Source: Eledone cirrhosa (lineage: Eukaryota). From it: 64,000 nt of DNA. The notes under the pieces were generated by a model that was given only the letters and a program-made list of their open reading frames with translations, had not been told where the DNA came from and did not search any database. The stretch covers positions 227,912,001 to 227,976,000 of the forward strand of contig OZ024743.1 in assembly GCA_964016885.1 (NCBI GenBank). The letters are read 5' to 3'. Shown here piece by piece: positions 42,206 to 56,080 of this stretch. Each line of letters opens with the position of its first letter. Position 1 is the first letter of the stretch. The translations under genes and the position numbers were made by a program.

Positions 42206-44140
42206 CAAGGAAAAGGAAAGGAGCAAATAGTCAGATTGAACAAAGGAAACTATGTTTCCATTGGTTTTTCAACTGCTGATACTTTCTGCTGGTTGCAAAT
42301 CTTGGCAAAAGGAGCAACAAGAAACACTGTTTTGCTCAAGATGACAACACATCATCTGGACTGGGAATTGAACACATGACCTTATGATGTTGAGTCCAAC
42401 ACCCTACCACTAAGCCAATATATATTTAAGTATCTGAAGAGAAATATAAATATAAAGATGATGATGATAGTAATAGTAGTTATAATAATACTAGTAACAG
42501 AATGAAGAGATGATTATTGGAAATTCAAAATCTACATATGATGTCACAGATTAAGTAAAACTGATGCCAATAATTCACTCTGAAGAAGACTCAATATATG
42601 TAGTATCATTCTTTCACATACCCAAATGTTTGGAGTTACTAGGGAGGGAATGTTGCAAGTTGGAATAGTCTTTTATTGATTTCAAGTATTAGACTCTGGC
42701 CATGCTTGGGAACAGCAGTCATTATTTATTTGTTAATGTGGTGAATCGGTAAAGTCATTAGAACGTTGGATAGAATGCTTTGCAGTAATCATTCCAGCTA
42801 TCTGTCCTTTGAGTTCAAATCCTTTCGATTAGTCTAGTATTGGGGTAGATTCATTTTTTTCTCATTTCCTTTCACTCAATTTCTATCCTTCCCTGGACGA
42901 AATCTGCTGGAGAAAGAGATGGGCTCAGCCAGGCTTAAAATGCCCGTGAAACACCATATGCCACAACAACACCATGAAATTCCATCAGGAGTTACAGAAC
43001 CATTACCATTACCATTACCATTACCATTTATTTAATCCAAAATATGGTATTTATTTAATCAATCTGTTTTGTCAAACTGTTATGTCACAGGATATTAAAT
43101 AGTGAACATAAACACAGAGTCACCCACAAACACACTGGGAAGTGAACTCTGCATCGATGTGTGTATATATATATATATGTAATACACACACAATTTCCAT
43201 CTATTAAATTTCACTTTCAAAGCATTGGTCATCCCAAAGCTATATAGTATTTTAGAATACACTTGCTCAAGTGAATGATTAACTTCACTCATAATTGGAG
43301 TGGAGCATTAAAAGTCAACACTGCACAGAAAATAACATATAACATACATAACATATAACAGAACAAAAATATAACAGGGCATAGCAAAATTATTCAAAAA
43401 GCTTAGAAAGGATGCAATTTCATGTGTGCAACTAGCATAGAGAAGTTAACATAATTACTACAAGGGTCGGCAACAGATAATTAAACTTTTCTTTTGCTGC
43501 ATATTTATTTCTTTACACGTTCCCCATCTTCCCCCCTTTTATCCCTATGTCTCCCTCACTCCCTAATGCTGTCTTGTTCATGCTGTCCCTCATTTCATCT
43601 CTCTCTTATTCTTGTTCTTCCCTCTCTACTACCTCCCTCTCTCACACACACTCTTTCCTGGAATACTTGTATTGAAAATGCTAAAGAATTTAATGAATAA
43701 GGCATTGGCAGAGATTAATCCCCCTGATTAACGATCACACCATCATATGAATGAATGCCAGTAAGGAAGAGAAACCAATACAAAATCCTCTTCTTTTGTC
43801 ACCAAATTAACACAGACACACATATTTATAGATGCTTCCACATTCCCCGGAAGTTTTCCTCCTTTTTCAAACATCTGGTATCTATTCATACGGCTTTCTA
43901 AATTCGTTCTGTCTGTGTGTCTTTGCCCCAACCTCACCACCATCATCTCTGCCCCTACTATCATGGGATAAAAAGCAAACAGAGGCATGTTACGTAAACA
44001 TTAAGCCGTCAAGTTAAATGTGCTTGAAGATCATTATATTTAGAAGATCACTGGGAGAGAGGGATGTATAAAGATAGATATAGAGATTTAGATAAATAGA
44101 GAGATGCAACTGTCCTATGTATATACATATATATATATAC

Positions 44141-44227
<87 letters not shown>

Positions 44228-44299
44228 CAGATTAAAGTTTAAACAAAGAATTTCAGCATTCACCATATATGGAATTGTGTGTGTGTGTGTGCATGCCTG

Positions 44300-44455
44300 C
44301 ATGTGTGCAGTTAAGGAGTACATTTTTCAACCACATGGCTCCAAGTACAATTCCACTGTGCAACACTTTGGGCAAGTATCTTCTAATACAGACCTGGCTT
44401 ATCCAATGCTTTGTTAGAGAAAGTTGACTGGAAGAAACTGTAAAGAAGCCTGCCA
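44300..44455 (+). mobile_element. Old tRNA-derived SINE relic (third family; similar relics at ~48525, ~53750-53905 minus, ~56650)
   Basis: Degenerate GTGTGGTTAAG head, CCACTGTGCAACACTTTGGGCAAGT core. Confidence 0.5.
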
Positions 44456-44674
44456 TGTATGTTCAAGGTAAAGTAATCATCTGAAGGCACATAAGAAGGA
44501 AAGAAACTATCAGACCTGAAATAGGTAAATACCTGGAATAAGAATTTGGTTTTGTTTGAAATGGGCTAACAGCCAGCATGTATGTATGTATGCACATACA
44601 TACATATATATATATAGTCCAACCTATGCAAGCATGTAAAAGCAGTCATTAATTGATGATGATATATATGTGCG

Positions 44675-44705
<31 letters not shown>

Positions 44706-45539
44706 CACACATGCCCACACTGATAGGGTGAGGGAAAAAGGGAGAAAAGAGGAGAGAGAGAAACACTATAAAAAGAAGACTTCTATGGTATAGAGAGACT
44801 AGTCCCCCTCACTGTGTACTGACAGCATTTAAAAGGCTAAAATAATAAATAAGATAAAATAAAGAAAGAAAGAAATCATTATTGTTGCTGTTGTTCTTCT
44901 TTCTGTTGCTATTATTTCTTCTTTGTTATTTTTCTCCTTCCTTTTGGTTTAGAAGAAAAGAAACAGTGAAAGAACAAAGTAACCAAGTAGTTATTTTATC
45001 AGCTGATTAGAGAGAAGAATATGATGATGATAAGGAAGAGGAGGAGCACGCAGTAAAGCAGAGGAGGGGTGCGAAGTATGTATATATATATATATATATA
45101 TATAATAAAAAACAATATCAGTAAATCAATTAATCAATGTGTAATGTAGGTTGTGCATATATTTTCATCTATTGATCAATCAGTATGTTAACCATTTGAC
45201 CTCTCAACTTATATAGATCACTGAGATGTTAATAATAACAATAAAAATAATAATAATAACAATAGAATAATAAATAACAAGAATTTTGTCAATCAAGAAT
45301 ATACAGATTGATATGTTCATAAAGAGAGGAAAAATCACACACATAAATGCAAACATATACATGTGTGTGTGATGGTGTATAGATACACACACACACACAC
45401 ACACACAGTCACATACACATACACACATATACATATTTGAAAGATGGACAATCTTAATAAAAGTGAAATTATCTTCACTTAGCAAGAAGTAATACAAAAA
45501 AGGTGATGAGAGAGAGCTGGGTGGGAGAGAGAAAAGAAG

Positions 45540-45598
45540 AGAAGAGAAAAAAGAAAAGAAAAGAAAAGAAAAGAAAAGAAAGGAAAAGAAAAGAAAAG

Positions 45599-45629
<31 letters not shown>

Positions 45630-45635
45630 GAAAAA
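45540..45635. repeat. (AAAAG)n microsatellite
   Basis: Direct reading. Confidence 0.95.
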
Positions 45636-45916
45636 TTCGAACAGACTATGGGAGTAAATATATAAATGAATAAATAAAATCAATGGAGACTTCTAAGAAT
45701 GGAACATGTCATGAACTACTAGAATAATGTAGAAGGTATGAAAGTTATGTGAAAGCCCATGCTTTAGTTGTTACTGTCTTCACATCACAATCATACACAT
45801 ATGGGCACAAATTCTGGCAATGCATTATTTTATAGACTTGAGCAAGAGACTTTGTTTAACTCTGCTTCGTTAACTCAGCAGGAAAAAATGAGTTGCAGTT
45901 GTAATTCAAATGAGCA

Positions 45917-46333
45917 ATAAAAGCCGACCTTACCCAATTACACCTCTCAAAGGCAATGACACACGACCGTGACCTCTGGCATCACGCAGTAATACAGAGT
46001 ACCTGACCTCCCATGGGTACAGGCTGAAGCATATAGACAATATGCCCCCACACCCCCCACCGCAAATTGGTCGTGGAGGTGCCACGGCAAAAAAGCACCC
46101 AGCCCACACTGTAAAGTGGACGTATAGGTGCCACGAAAAAGCACCCAGCGCTCACTGTAAATGAGGTTGGTGTTAGGAAGGGCATCCAGCTGTAGAAATC
46201 AAGCCAAATCAGTTCCTATATGAGCAAGGCATGGTCAGCCGACCAGACACTGCCCACAACAGGACAACCCGTCTAACCCATGCTAGCGTGGAAGAACGGA
46301 CGTAAAACGGTGATGATGATGATGATGATGATG
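45917..46333 (+). mobile_element. RTE-A 3' fragment nested in an older SINE relic
   Basis: Colinear with 11000-11421; flanks (TTGAGCAAGAGACTTT...AACTCAGC and TCTTGTCAAACATTGTGTCACAC) look like a split SINE. Confidence 0.9.
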
Positions 46334-47551
46334 AATCTTGTCAAACATTGTGTCACACAAAATTTCCCTTTGAGTGTTCATCTTACAATTGTAAGGGTAT
46401 GACTTTGATTCCTGGCAACTTGATATTTTATTGATGAACAAGACACTTTATTTGACATTGCTCCAGTTTAATTAACAGGGAAAAAACAGATGTACCTGTA
46501 ATTGAGATAACTATCCTTGTCAAATTCTGTGTCACAATGAAGCTCTCTGAGAACTTTATTAAGAGTTCACATGTCAATAGAATGCCCTATCACTACTTTT
46601 ATGTTAATTTTACTCACAGACTACTCCAGACTGCTTGTCTAAACAGACGGAAGTTCAACATTAAAATTATGCTGTGTATATAACATATAGAGGTAGGTTA
46701 GAGATATGGTCATTGAATGAGTTTATCTAAGCAATAATTTATTCTTAATTTTGTAAAGTCATTTCTACTTCATATTCAGAGTTTTTGTTTACCTTCACTG
46801 TTGATGATGGAAATGGTTTAGGGCATTTTCTGTGTGTTTTCTTTAAGGGTTAGGGAAATCAACAGTCTTATTTACATATATATATATATATATATAAAAT
46901 ATCACTTTCCTGAGGATTTCATAAAAATGAAACAGTTCTAGTCCTGTAGAAGTCATTTCTATCAGATAAATATGCCTATACTCTACTAATGTATTGAATT
47001 CATTCATCATTCAGTCATCATTATTGTATGTCCGCTTTTCCCTGCTTGCAAGGCTTTTTTAACTGTGGTCACCTCCTGATATACATCAGATATCCACACA
47101 CATATCTATATAAATATAAATGTATATATATATATATATATATATACAAGTACATGTACGTGTGCATGTATATATATAATATATATATATATGCGTATGT
47201 GTGAGTGCATGCGTGTTCAAAATAGATATTCCACAGGTTTTGTCTTCATTCCTGCTTTGAATATTGTTGGAAATAGTTTTCTGTTTTGAAATTACAATGA
47301 ACAACTTCACCACCTCTACCATTATAACACATATATACATTATATATCTAAATACATTATTTACACACACATGTATATAATACTATGAAGAAAACAACTC
47401 TCTTACATATATATTCAGGAGGACAACAGGAAGAAAAGGAAAGTGTAGAAGGAGGACTCAAGAGATTCATGATATTTTTTACTATAGAAAAGAAATGAAA
47501 AATTGAAGGTAAAATAGAACCAATACACAATTTTATTTTCCAACAAAAGCA

Positions 47552-47698
47552 ACATCACCAAGCAACACAAGGCAATATATGTATAAATATAAATGTGTGT
47601 GTGTGTGTGCGTACGTGTGTGGGCGCGTGCGTGTGCGGGCGTATGCAGGTGTGTGTGTGTATATATATATATATATATTGCCTTGTGTGGCTTGGTGA

Positions 47699-47729
<31 letters not shown>

Positions 47730-47749
47730 TGCCTTGTGTGGCTTGGTGA

Positions 47750-47789
<40 letters not shown>

Positions 47790-47817
47790 CGCACACATCA
47801 CCGAGCCACACAAGGCA

Positions 47818-47907
<90 letters not shown>

Positions 47908-47928
47908 CCTTGTGTGGCTCGGTGATGT
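47552..47928. repeat. Five copies of a 26-bp unit in mixed orientation within TA/TG microsatellite
   Basis: ACATCACC(A/G)AGC(A/C)ACACAAGGCAATA at ~47552(+), 47676(-), 47727(-), 47795(+) and 47903(-). Confidence 0.9.
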
Positions 47929-48984
47929 GTGTATATATATATAAGATATGAAAAGGAGAGCAAGAAGAGAGAGATGAAAAGAAGGAATAGCTAGGAGAAT
48001 GAGAGAGAATAGAAAAAGAAAATGGAGGAAAGAAAAACAAATGAAGAAAACAATCAATATCTTTAAAGAGAGTGGGAAAGAAAGAGGATGATGGAGAGAA
48101 TGTAAGTGAGTGAATGAGTAAAAATGAAACTAGACCGAGGTTGTGGGGGAGATTATTTAAGCTAAACAGTAGAATATTCCAATCATGTCGCATTTTAGGT
48201 GGAAGGTTCAGACTTATTCTATAGAAAAATGTAAGAATAACAGTTGATTTCAACTAACAGAGGCATTGATTTCACAAAAACATAGAACAGCAACACCAAG
48301 TCAAAATTCTACAAGTTTCATGGAAGAAGAATACAAAGAAAAACATTTTGTCTTGTATTTCTGCAAAGACATTATAATACTTGTATGAATTTTTTTTCTT
48401 TTTTGAGGTGGTGGAGGTGGTAGCTCTGATGGGGAATCTTTTAAAACTTTATTTTATTTCATTTCATTTATATATTTTTTATTATGACCTAGTGTTAAAA
48501 GATCTTAAAAATGAAAACATGTATGTGTGACTGTGTGGTTAAGCTAATTCACTCCAGAACTACATAGTTCTGAGTTCTGTCCCACAGTGTGTCACATTGG
48601 TCAAAGTGTCTTCTTGATGGCCACAGTTTAATGAGTGACTTAAAAATGTCATCAGACATGCAATCATTATAAACATATTTCTTTACATTCTTTTATTTGC
48701 TGTATCAAAATATTTTTTTATTTAAATTTGTTTAAAATAGCTCCAAGATCTTAGTTTTTATCATTTTTCTTTACTTTGTTGGAAGGGAAAAATAAGGAAG
48801 AGAACAGATGAAGATGAAAAAAAATGAATTAATGAATTGGAGAAAAATCAGGTGTGTGTGTGGGGGGGGGGGGGGATATTATAACTGAAAATGCATTTCA
48901 GTTATCCATTTTGCTTAATTTTCAGAGAAAACAATGTTTTTATCTCTTCTATTATTTAATTTTGTTAAATGAATTTAGAGTTAA

Positions 48985-49303
48985 AATTTTTTGATACCAA
49001 ACTGCCTGAAACTGTCCCTGTTTTGTATGGCAAAAAAATATTTGCTTTAAAGTGTTTATATATGATATATATATATAATCCTGTAGAAATTATTTCTATA
49101 TTAAACATGATATATATTTATATATATGGTTTGATGATACTAAACTGTTTATTTTAAAATAATTATATTAATCTAAAAACATTCCATCATAATTTTATGT
49201 AAGAACCATTGTTAGATTATGTTCAAAGCAGCAACTTAATAATGAGAAAATTATATTCTTATATCACTTCAAATTCTTGATTATTTTGAAACTGATTTGC
49301 AAA
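48985..49303 (+). mobile_element. piggyBac-like MITE relic, truncated by next element
   Basis: GATACCAAACTGCCTGAAAC and AAATTCTTGATTATTTTGAAA match the family. Confidence 0.55.
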
Positions 49304-49334
49304 TTATATTATCATATCAGCATATATATATATA

Positions 49335-49716
49335 TATTGAAAAATGGAAGGGAACAAAACAGAGAGGCAGTACGAACAAAGGTTTATTAGTTTCACGCTC
49401 TTGAGAGTGTGTGTGGGGGGGGGGGGGCGTTTCGGGCATAAGCCCTTCTTCAGACGAAAAGTGTGTGGGAAGAGAGTTCCAAGGGTGTAGGGGATGGGGG
49501 AGAGACATTTAGAAAAAATGGGGTGACAGGAAACGGTGGAAGGGGTACAAATGAAAATAAATAGAAAAACATAATAAAAATAAAAATAAACATGAAGATA
49601 AACAAGTGGTGGAAGGTTGTGGAACGTGTAGGGGTGGTGGCGGGTGGAGTGGGGAGAGATAGGCGGGGTGTCCGAGCGGGGAGGGCTGAAGGTGATTTGT
49701 GTGTGTGTGTAGGTGT

Positions 49717-49766
<50 letters not shown>

Positions 49767-50625
49767 GAGAGTTGGGGAAGATGGGGTTCCATGTTCAGGA
49801 AAAGGTGTGTGTGGGGTGGGGTGTAGGTCGGTGTGTGTGTGTGAATGGGAGGGGTCAGAGGGGTGGGGGAGGAGAGGATTCCGGAGGCTGAGTGTGTAAA
49901 TATGTGGGGGTACGTACGTGTGTGTGGTGTTTATACGTATTGTGGGAAAAAAAAATTTTCATGAGTGTATGTCCGTGGGTAACTTCCTAAGGTAGTTCCG
50001 TAGAGGGTGTGGTGGGATGCCGGATATATTCCTAGTGATGGGGTTGATTCGTGGGAGCGATGTCCAATGTGTGTAATCCATGGTTGGGTTGGTCGGAAGA
50101 GGGGAGATGCTGGTGACGGTCGGTGGATGAGATGGGCTATGGTGTGGTGGTGGTGGGTTGGCCTTGGCCTGTAGAGTATCTATATAGGCCAACCCATCAC
50201 CACCACAACCCATCTCATCCACCGACCGTCACCAACATCTCACCATCACATCCACCCCCAGATACACTACAGGCCAGTACATCCCCTTGATCCTTCCCAC
50301 CAATCAAAACAACTCATTTTGTCAAACTCTTGAAACTCTGACTTTACCACATAAAATGCTATAAGAAAATGATACATGCTAAGAGGGTCCACCGAGCCGC
50401 CGACTATTGAGTCGGGTTGGATCGATACAGATCGAACAGGGAGCTGATCAGTGGCGAAACGCGCGTCACCTATCAATAAATGCAATGTAGAAGTAATCAA
50501 TCGTCCTTGTTATCTTTCAATATATTACACTCTGTATAGCTCTACACCTCATCACAGAAGTGAACCTAAACATCGAGTGCTCTCCCGGGTGAACCTGCAG
50601 TAACCCCTAGTTACACCCTCTGGAT
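49335..50625. mobile_element. Composite PLE-like non-coding remnants, head to head
   Basis: Minus-strand HHR core CTGAAGA-A-GGGC(TTAT)GCCC-GAAACG at 49428-49453; plus-strand GAA-ACGCGCGT-C at 50456-50467; inverted repeats at the junction; TA flanks. Confidence 0.5.
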
Positions 50626-50687
50626 ATATATATATATATATTCATTAGTTAAACAAAACAAGGACACAAATTTCATATACATATATA

Positions 50688-50724
<37 letters not shown>

Positions 50725-50794
50725 ACACACACACATTGTCAGCATATAAAAGCAAATGTATGACGATTATGCTAAATATATATATATATACATA

Positions 50795-50894
50795 TAGAGT
50801 GTCCCAAAAACTGTATACACACTTTGATTACCTCTACAGGCAATATTTGTTAGAATGAACAGCCTTTGTGTATACATTTTTGGGGGACACCCTA
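50795..50894. mobile_element. Tc1/mariner-type MITE (~100 bp)
   Basis: TIRs TAGAGTGTCCCAAAAACTGTATACACA and TGTGTATACATTTTTGGGGGACACCCTA, flanked by TA. Confidence 0.75.
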
Positions 50895-51800
50895 TATATA
50901 TATATTTATATGAATGTGAAGGCTCATTGCTTAGAAGTTAGGATATTTGGCTCATGATCGTAAGACACCTTATTTCAGATTGCTCCAGCCCACTCATCAG
51001 GCAAAAGGGGCCAGCCTCGTCACAGTCTGTGTCATACTAAATCTCCCTGAGAACTACGATAAGGCTATATATGTCAGTAGTATGCTCAGCCACTTCTATG
51101 TTAATTTTACGAGCAGATTGTTCCATTGATTGTATGAACTGTAACCAATTGTGTGCTAAATACATACTTTGTAAAGTGATGAAGAAAATATTAAGACTTT
51201 GCTCCAACCCCAATGTAAATGTTTGTAAATTCTAAGGCTTACAGTAACTTTACTTGTGTAGCAATTGTTGTCAAACTTTGCAGTATTAGAGCATGCACTA
51301 TAACATTTAATGTGAAGAAATCAAATTTTCTAAAAATAAAGTTGTCTATACATAGTTGTTAATTAACTCTTAAGATTCTGTATTTATTCGGCAGAAAATA
51401 TCTAAAAGAATTGCTTTGTTAAATCAAATATTTATAGGATCTTTATTTGTTGACAATTTGTTGTGAAAATTTGACGTATTAAAGTCAAAACATAAAATTT
51501 TCATGTAATGCAGTCTTAATATTATTTTATACTTTCCAAAAATGTTTTGCTAACACAGTTGCAGAATGTTATAGTAAAAGCCAAAGAAAGACCTGATCTC
51601 TCTTCTACTTCATTCCTCAGACAGAATGGCTACAGATTTGTACATACCCCCTGACCCCACCAAATTCTTTACATTTAAGACCCCATGAATAAGGATCTGC
51701 AATCAATAATGCTTCATTCAATATATATTCTGCATTATTTGATGCCTTAACTGAAATGGTGGTATAAAGTATTACAAAGTAAAATTTTAACACAAGGCCT

Positions 51801-51903
51801 TATATATATATATGCATGTGTATATATATATATGCATGTATATATATATATATATGCATGTATATATATATATATATATGCATGTATATATATATATATA
51901 TGC

Positions 51904-51938
<35 letters not shown>

Positions 51939-51959
51939 TGTATATATATATATATATGC

Positions 51960-51994
<35 letters not shown>

Positions 51995-52015
51995 TGTATA
52001 TATATATATATATGC

Positions 52016-52076
<61 letters not shown>

Positions 52077-52115
52077 TGTGTATATATATATATATATGCA
52101 TGTATATATATATAT

Positions 52116-52156
<41 letters not shown>

Positions 52157-52327
52157 TGTATATATATATATATGCATGTGTATATATATATATATATATA
52201 TGCATGTATATATATATATATATGCATGTGTATATATATATATATATGCATGTATATATATATGCATGTATATATATGTATATATATATATATATGCATG
52301 TATATATGCATGTATATATGTATATGC

Positions 52328-52386
<59 letters not shown>

Positions 52387-52405
52387 TGTATATATATAAA
52401 TATGC

Positions 52406-52448
<43 letters not shown>

Positions 52449-52549
52449 CTTGTATATATATATATATATATATATGCATGTATATATATATATATATACA
52501 TGCATGTATATATATATAAATATATACATATATATATATATATACATGC

Positions 52550-52599
<50 letters not shown>

Positions 52600-52629
52600 A
52601 TATATATGCATGTATATATATATATATGC

Positions 52630-52675
<46 letters not shown>
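51801..52675. repeat. (TA)n-TGCATG compound satellite
   Basis: TA runs punctuated more than 25 times by TGCATG. Confidence 0.95.
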
Positions 52676-52677
<2 letters not shown>

Positions 52678-52808
52678 TAATAAAAATAATGAATAAAAAC
52701 AAAAAAACAGTTCCTTATATTAAAAAATTCATCATTTTACGATCGTTTCTAGGATATATATGTGTGTGTTGGTATGTATATCATATAGATCTATGTAAAA
52801 TAACTCCC

Positions 52809-52912
<104 letters not shown>

Positions 52913-53247
52913 ACACACACACATATATATGTATATATATGTTATACTTTTGGGGGAAAGCTTTGTTAGCATATACCAGCATGAAGATTTTGGCTAAGTA
53001 TACACAACTGCATTATTTCTTCCACCAAAACCCACCATCATCCCATCCACCCATTTTACATAGAAAAAGGGTCAGCCCAGCCAACAAGGAAATACACTTG
53101 AGAAATATATTGTAAACAGTAAACTCTAAAATTGGCTTCTGCCAAAGATGGCATGGTAACTGAGAGAGTACATACACTAATGAAAATTCAGAATCCAAAC
53201 AGTGCCTGGAAGGGGTGGTTGGGGGGTTCGAATGTGTAAGGGCTCTG

Positions 53248-53289
<42 letters not shown>

Positions 53290-53507
53290 ATTGTCTTTGT
53301 GGTATATAAAGAGTAGAGGGATGAAATTATTATCATTCATTTATTTCTTTTCTTTTACTGATTTCAGTCATAAGACTGTGGCTATGCTAGGGCACCACCT
53401 TGATTTAGTCAATCATGCCAAACACCTTATTTAATATTTCAAGTCTAGTATTCATTTTTTTTGGGGGAAAGCCTTGAATTATAAACCTTAAATATAAACA
53501 TAAACAT

Positions 53508-53539
<32 letters not shown>

Positions 53540-53541
<2 letters not shown>

Positions 53542-53696
53542 CAAAGGAATTGTGGTAAGGAACCAGATGGACCATAACGCACCAGAGTACTCAATACTTA
53601 GGGTAGTAGAGTGGGAAATAGGAAAAAGTATGACCCTGACGGCAGAGCTCAAGCTGTTTCGACAGCTTGAGCTCTGCCGCCGGGGTCATACTTTTT

Positions 53697-53700
<4 letters not shown>
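53540..53700 (-). mobile_element. Hairpin element family H4, short-loop copy in opposite orientation
   Basis: Tail reverse complement at 53540-53618, then TAGGAAAAAGTATGACC...GGTCATACTTTTTCCTA hairpin; (TA)n on both sides. Confidence 0.85.
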
Positions 53701-53752
<52 letters not shown>

Positions 53753-55099
53753 ATAGGCTTCTGCAGTTTACATCTAGCAAATTCGATTGACAAGGCATTA
53801 GTAAAATCAGAGTTATAGTACAATACATTTACCTGAGCAGCTGTGCAGTGGGACTAAACCCAAAACTGTATGGTTATGAATCAAACTCCTTTACCACATA
53901 GACTTACCTGCTTCTATATGGTTTGTTTTTTCACATAATACAATCTTTTGTGTGTGTGTGTGTGTTTGTGTGTGTGAATGAGAGGGGAAGAGAAAGAGAG
54001 AGGGGAGGAGATGGAGAGATAGAAAGAGATTGAGATAGAGAGAGGGAGATAGAGACATAGTGAGAGATAGACCATAGTATGTCAATAATGTAAATACCAG
54101 TGCCTGCCATTGAGATTTAATACATATTGTATAAAAAAAACACCACCAAAATCACAATCAACAACAAAACTTGCAGCACCACTAGCTCTATAATCATTAC
54201 CACTACCAGCACTACTCACATCATAATATATTATTAGATTGAAACTATGTCAGACATCCACACCCACCACCCTGCCAATCACAAACAACCAGCACAACCA
54301 TTGCAACCACTATCACAACCACCATCACAAAGCCTCCTAGCTTATGTCAAATTCCAACATAGTTTCATTTTTGGAGTGTCAGAAACATTATGTGTCTCCT
54401 GCAAAATACACACAAGCTTTTTCTATTTTAGATGCCCAGAGCAGTGCTTGATGTTACCTCTCTGAATTTGAACTACTCCTCCACAACCCCATTCAATAAT
54501 AATGACAACAACAGCCCCTATTCTCCACCCCCCAAAAAAGCATCTTACAGATATTAAAGTGAGGTAAAACATTTTCCTAAATTATTTCGGAATCTTCCCC
54601 TCACTGTCTCCAAAAGACATACCTTCATCCTTTCATATTTATACTTATTACTTCCACCCCCCACAAATCTCCTTCCCATTTTGTTTGTGTGTGTGGGGGG
54701 GGGGGGTTACGCCCCCGTCCCCTATTCCTGTTGTACTTTATTTCTTTCTATGGAACTAATCCCTTTTTTCCAAGATGAAAAGAGTAGACTTAAAAAGAAA
54801 AACAAAAAGACAAACAAAACAACTCGAGTCACTTACACACTCACCAACCTGCACCAACCACCCCACCCACCCACAAACCGCCATCACCATCCTCCACTAC
54901 CAAATAACAACAACAAACATGACCTCTACCACTACGACCATCACCGCAACAACATCCACCTTATATATGACCATAGTGACACCTACATCCTCTTCACTAC
55001 CATCTACATATGGCTGCCAATGCCACAAAAGTCACCTTCTTCACAGCACCAATCTTTTAATATACCTCCCCCACCCTCGCCCTATTATATATATATATA

Positions 55100-55403
55100 T
55101 CATCATCATCATCACCGTTCTTCCACGCTAGCATGGGTTAGACAGGTTGTCCTTTTGTGGGCAGTGTCCGGTCGGCTGACCTTGTCTTGCTCATACGGGA
55201 ACTGATTCTGGCTTAATTTCCACAGCTGGATGCCCTTCCTAACACCAACCTCATTTACAGTGAGTGCCGGGTGCTTTTTTTCCGTGGCTCCTCCCCGACC
55301 ACTTTGCAGTGGAATGATAGGGACCCCAGTCCTATCATCTCATTTCTACAGCTGAGTAAACTGGAGCAATGTGACATAAAGTGTCTTGCTCAAGGAAACA
55401 ACA
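55100..55403 (-). mobile_element. SINE-A body carrying the RTE-A 3' terminus (5'-truncated)
   Basis: 55290-55403 is SINE-A body; 55100-55200 is the RTE-A terminus (GCTAGCATGGGTTAGAC.GGTTGTCC...GGTCGGCTGACC). Confidence 0.85.
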
Positions 55404-55892
55404 TATATATATATAAATAGATAGATGGATAATGTTTTAATTTATGTTTCAATCATCTGAGTTGCATGTTAAACCCTCCACACTACGTAACCTATCCTTG
55501 TAACACCCTCCTCATACGGTGCCCTTTTGGCAAATAAATGTTATTGAAATCATTATCATCATCTTCATCATCAATATCTCTTTATGAGAATCAATCAGGG
55601 TGGTACATGGAACAAAATTTCCCAATGTAGAAAGCGACGGAAGGTAAGTATACCTACGAAAAGAATATACAGGAAAGAATAAGAGATGGGGAAGAATGTA
55701 GAGGTGGAAACATACCCCCACTCTCTCTCTCTCTCTCTCTCTCTTACTACACAAAAAAATATATGTTGGTTGGTGGTAAAGAAAAGGGGCTTCTTCAAAA
55801 TCTAGATAAAGGCGAGCTGAACAAGGGAGTATGGAGATATCAAAGGAAAAGAAAGAGACGCAGTAAATAAATAAATTAATTAATATATGAAG

Positions 55893-56080
55893 GGCGGTGA
55901 ATTGGCAGTATCGGTAGAGGGTTGGACGCCATGCTTTGACGCATAGAGTTACGGCCCTTGCCATTCTGAGTTCAAATCCCGCCGAGGTTAACTTTGCCTT
56001 TCATCCTTATGGGGTCGATAAAATAAAGTACCAGTAATGTACTGGATAATTGCTGGCCTTGTGCCAAAAGTAGAAACAAT
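55893..56080 (+). mobile_element. Full-length SINE family B with target-site duplication
   Basis: GGCGGTGAATTGGCAG head to AGAAACAAT tail; direct repeat AATTAATTAATATATGAAGGG at 55874-55894 and 56078-56098. Confidence 0.93.

Noticed and set aside
43001-43028. (CCATTA)n as an interstitial telomere
   Set aside because: Only about 4 units and not TTAGGG/CCCTAA.
47552-47928. CRISPR-like repeat-spacer appearance
   Set aside because: Mixed orientation, microsatellite spacers, eukaryotic context and no cas genes.
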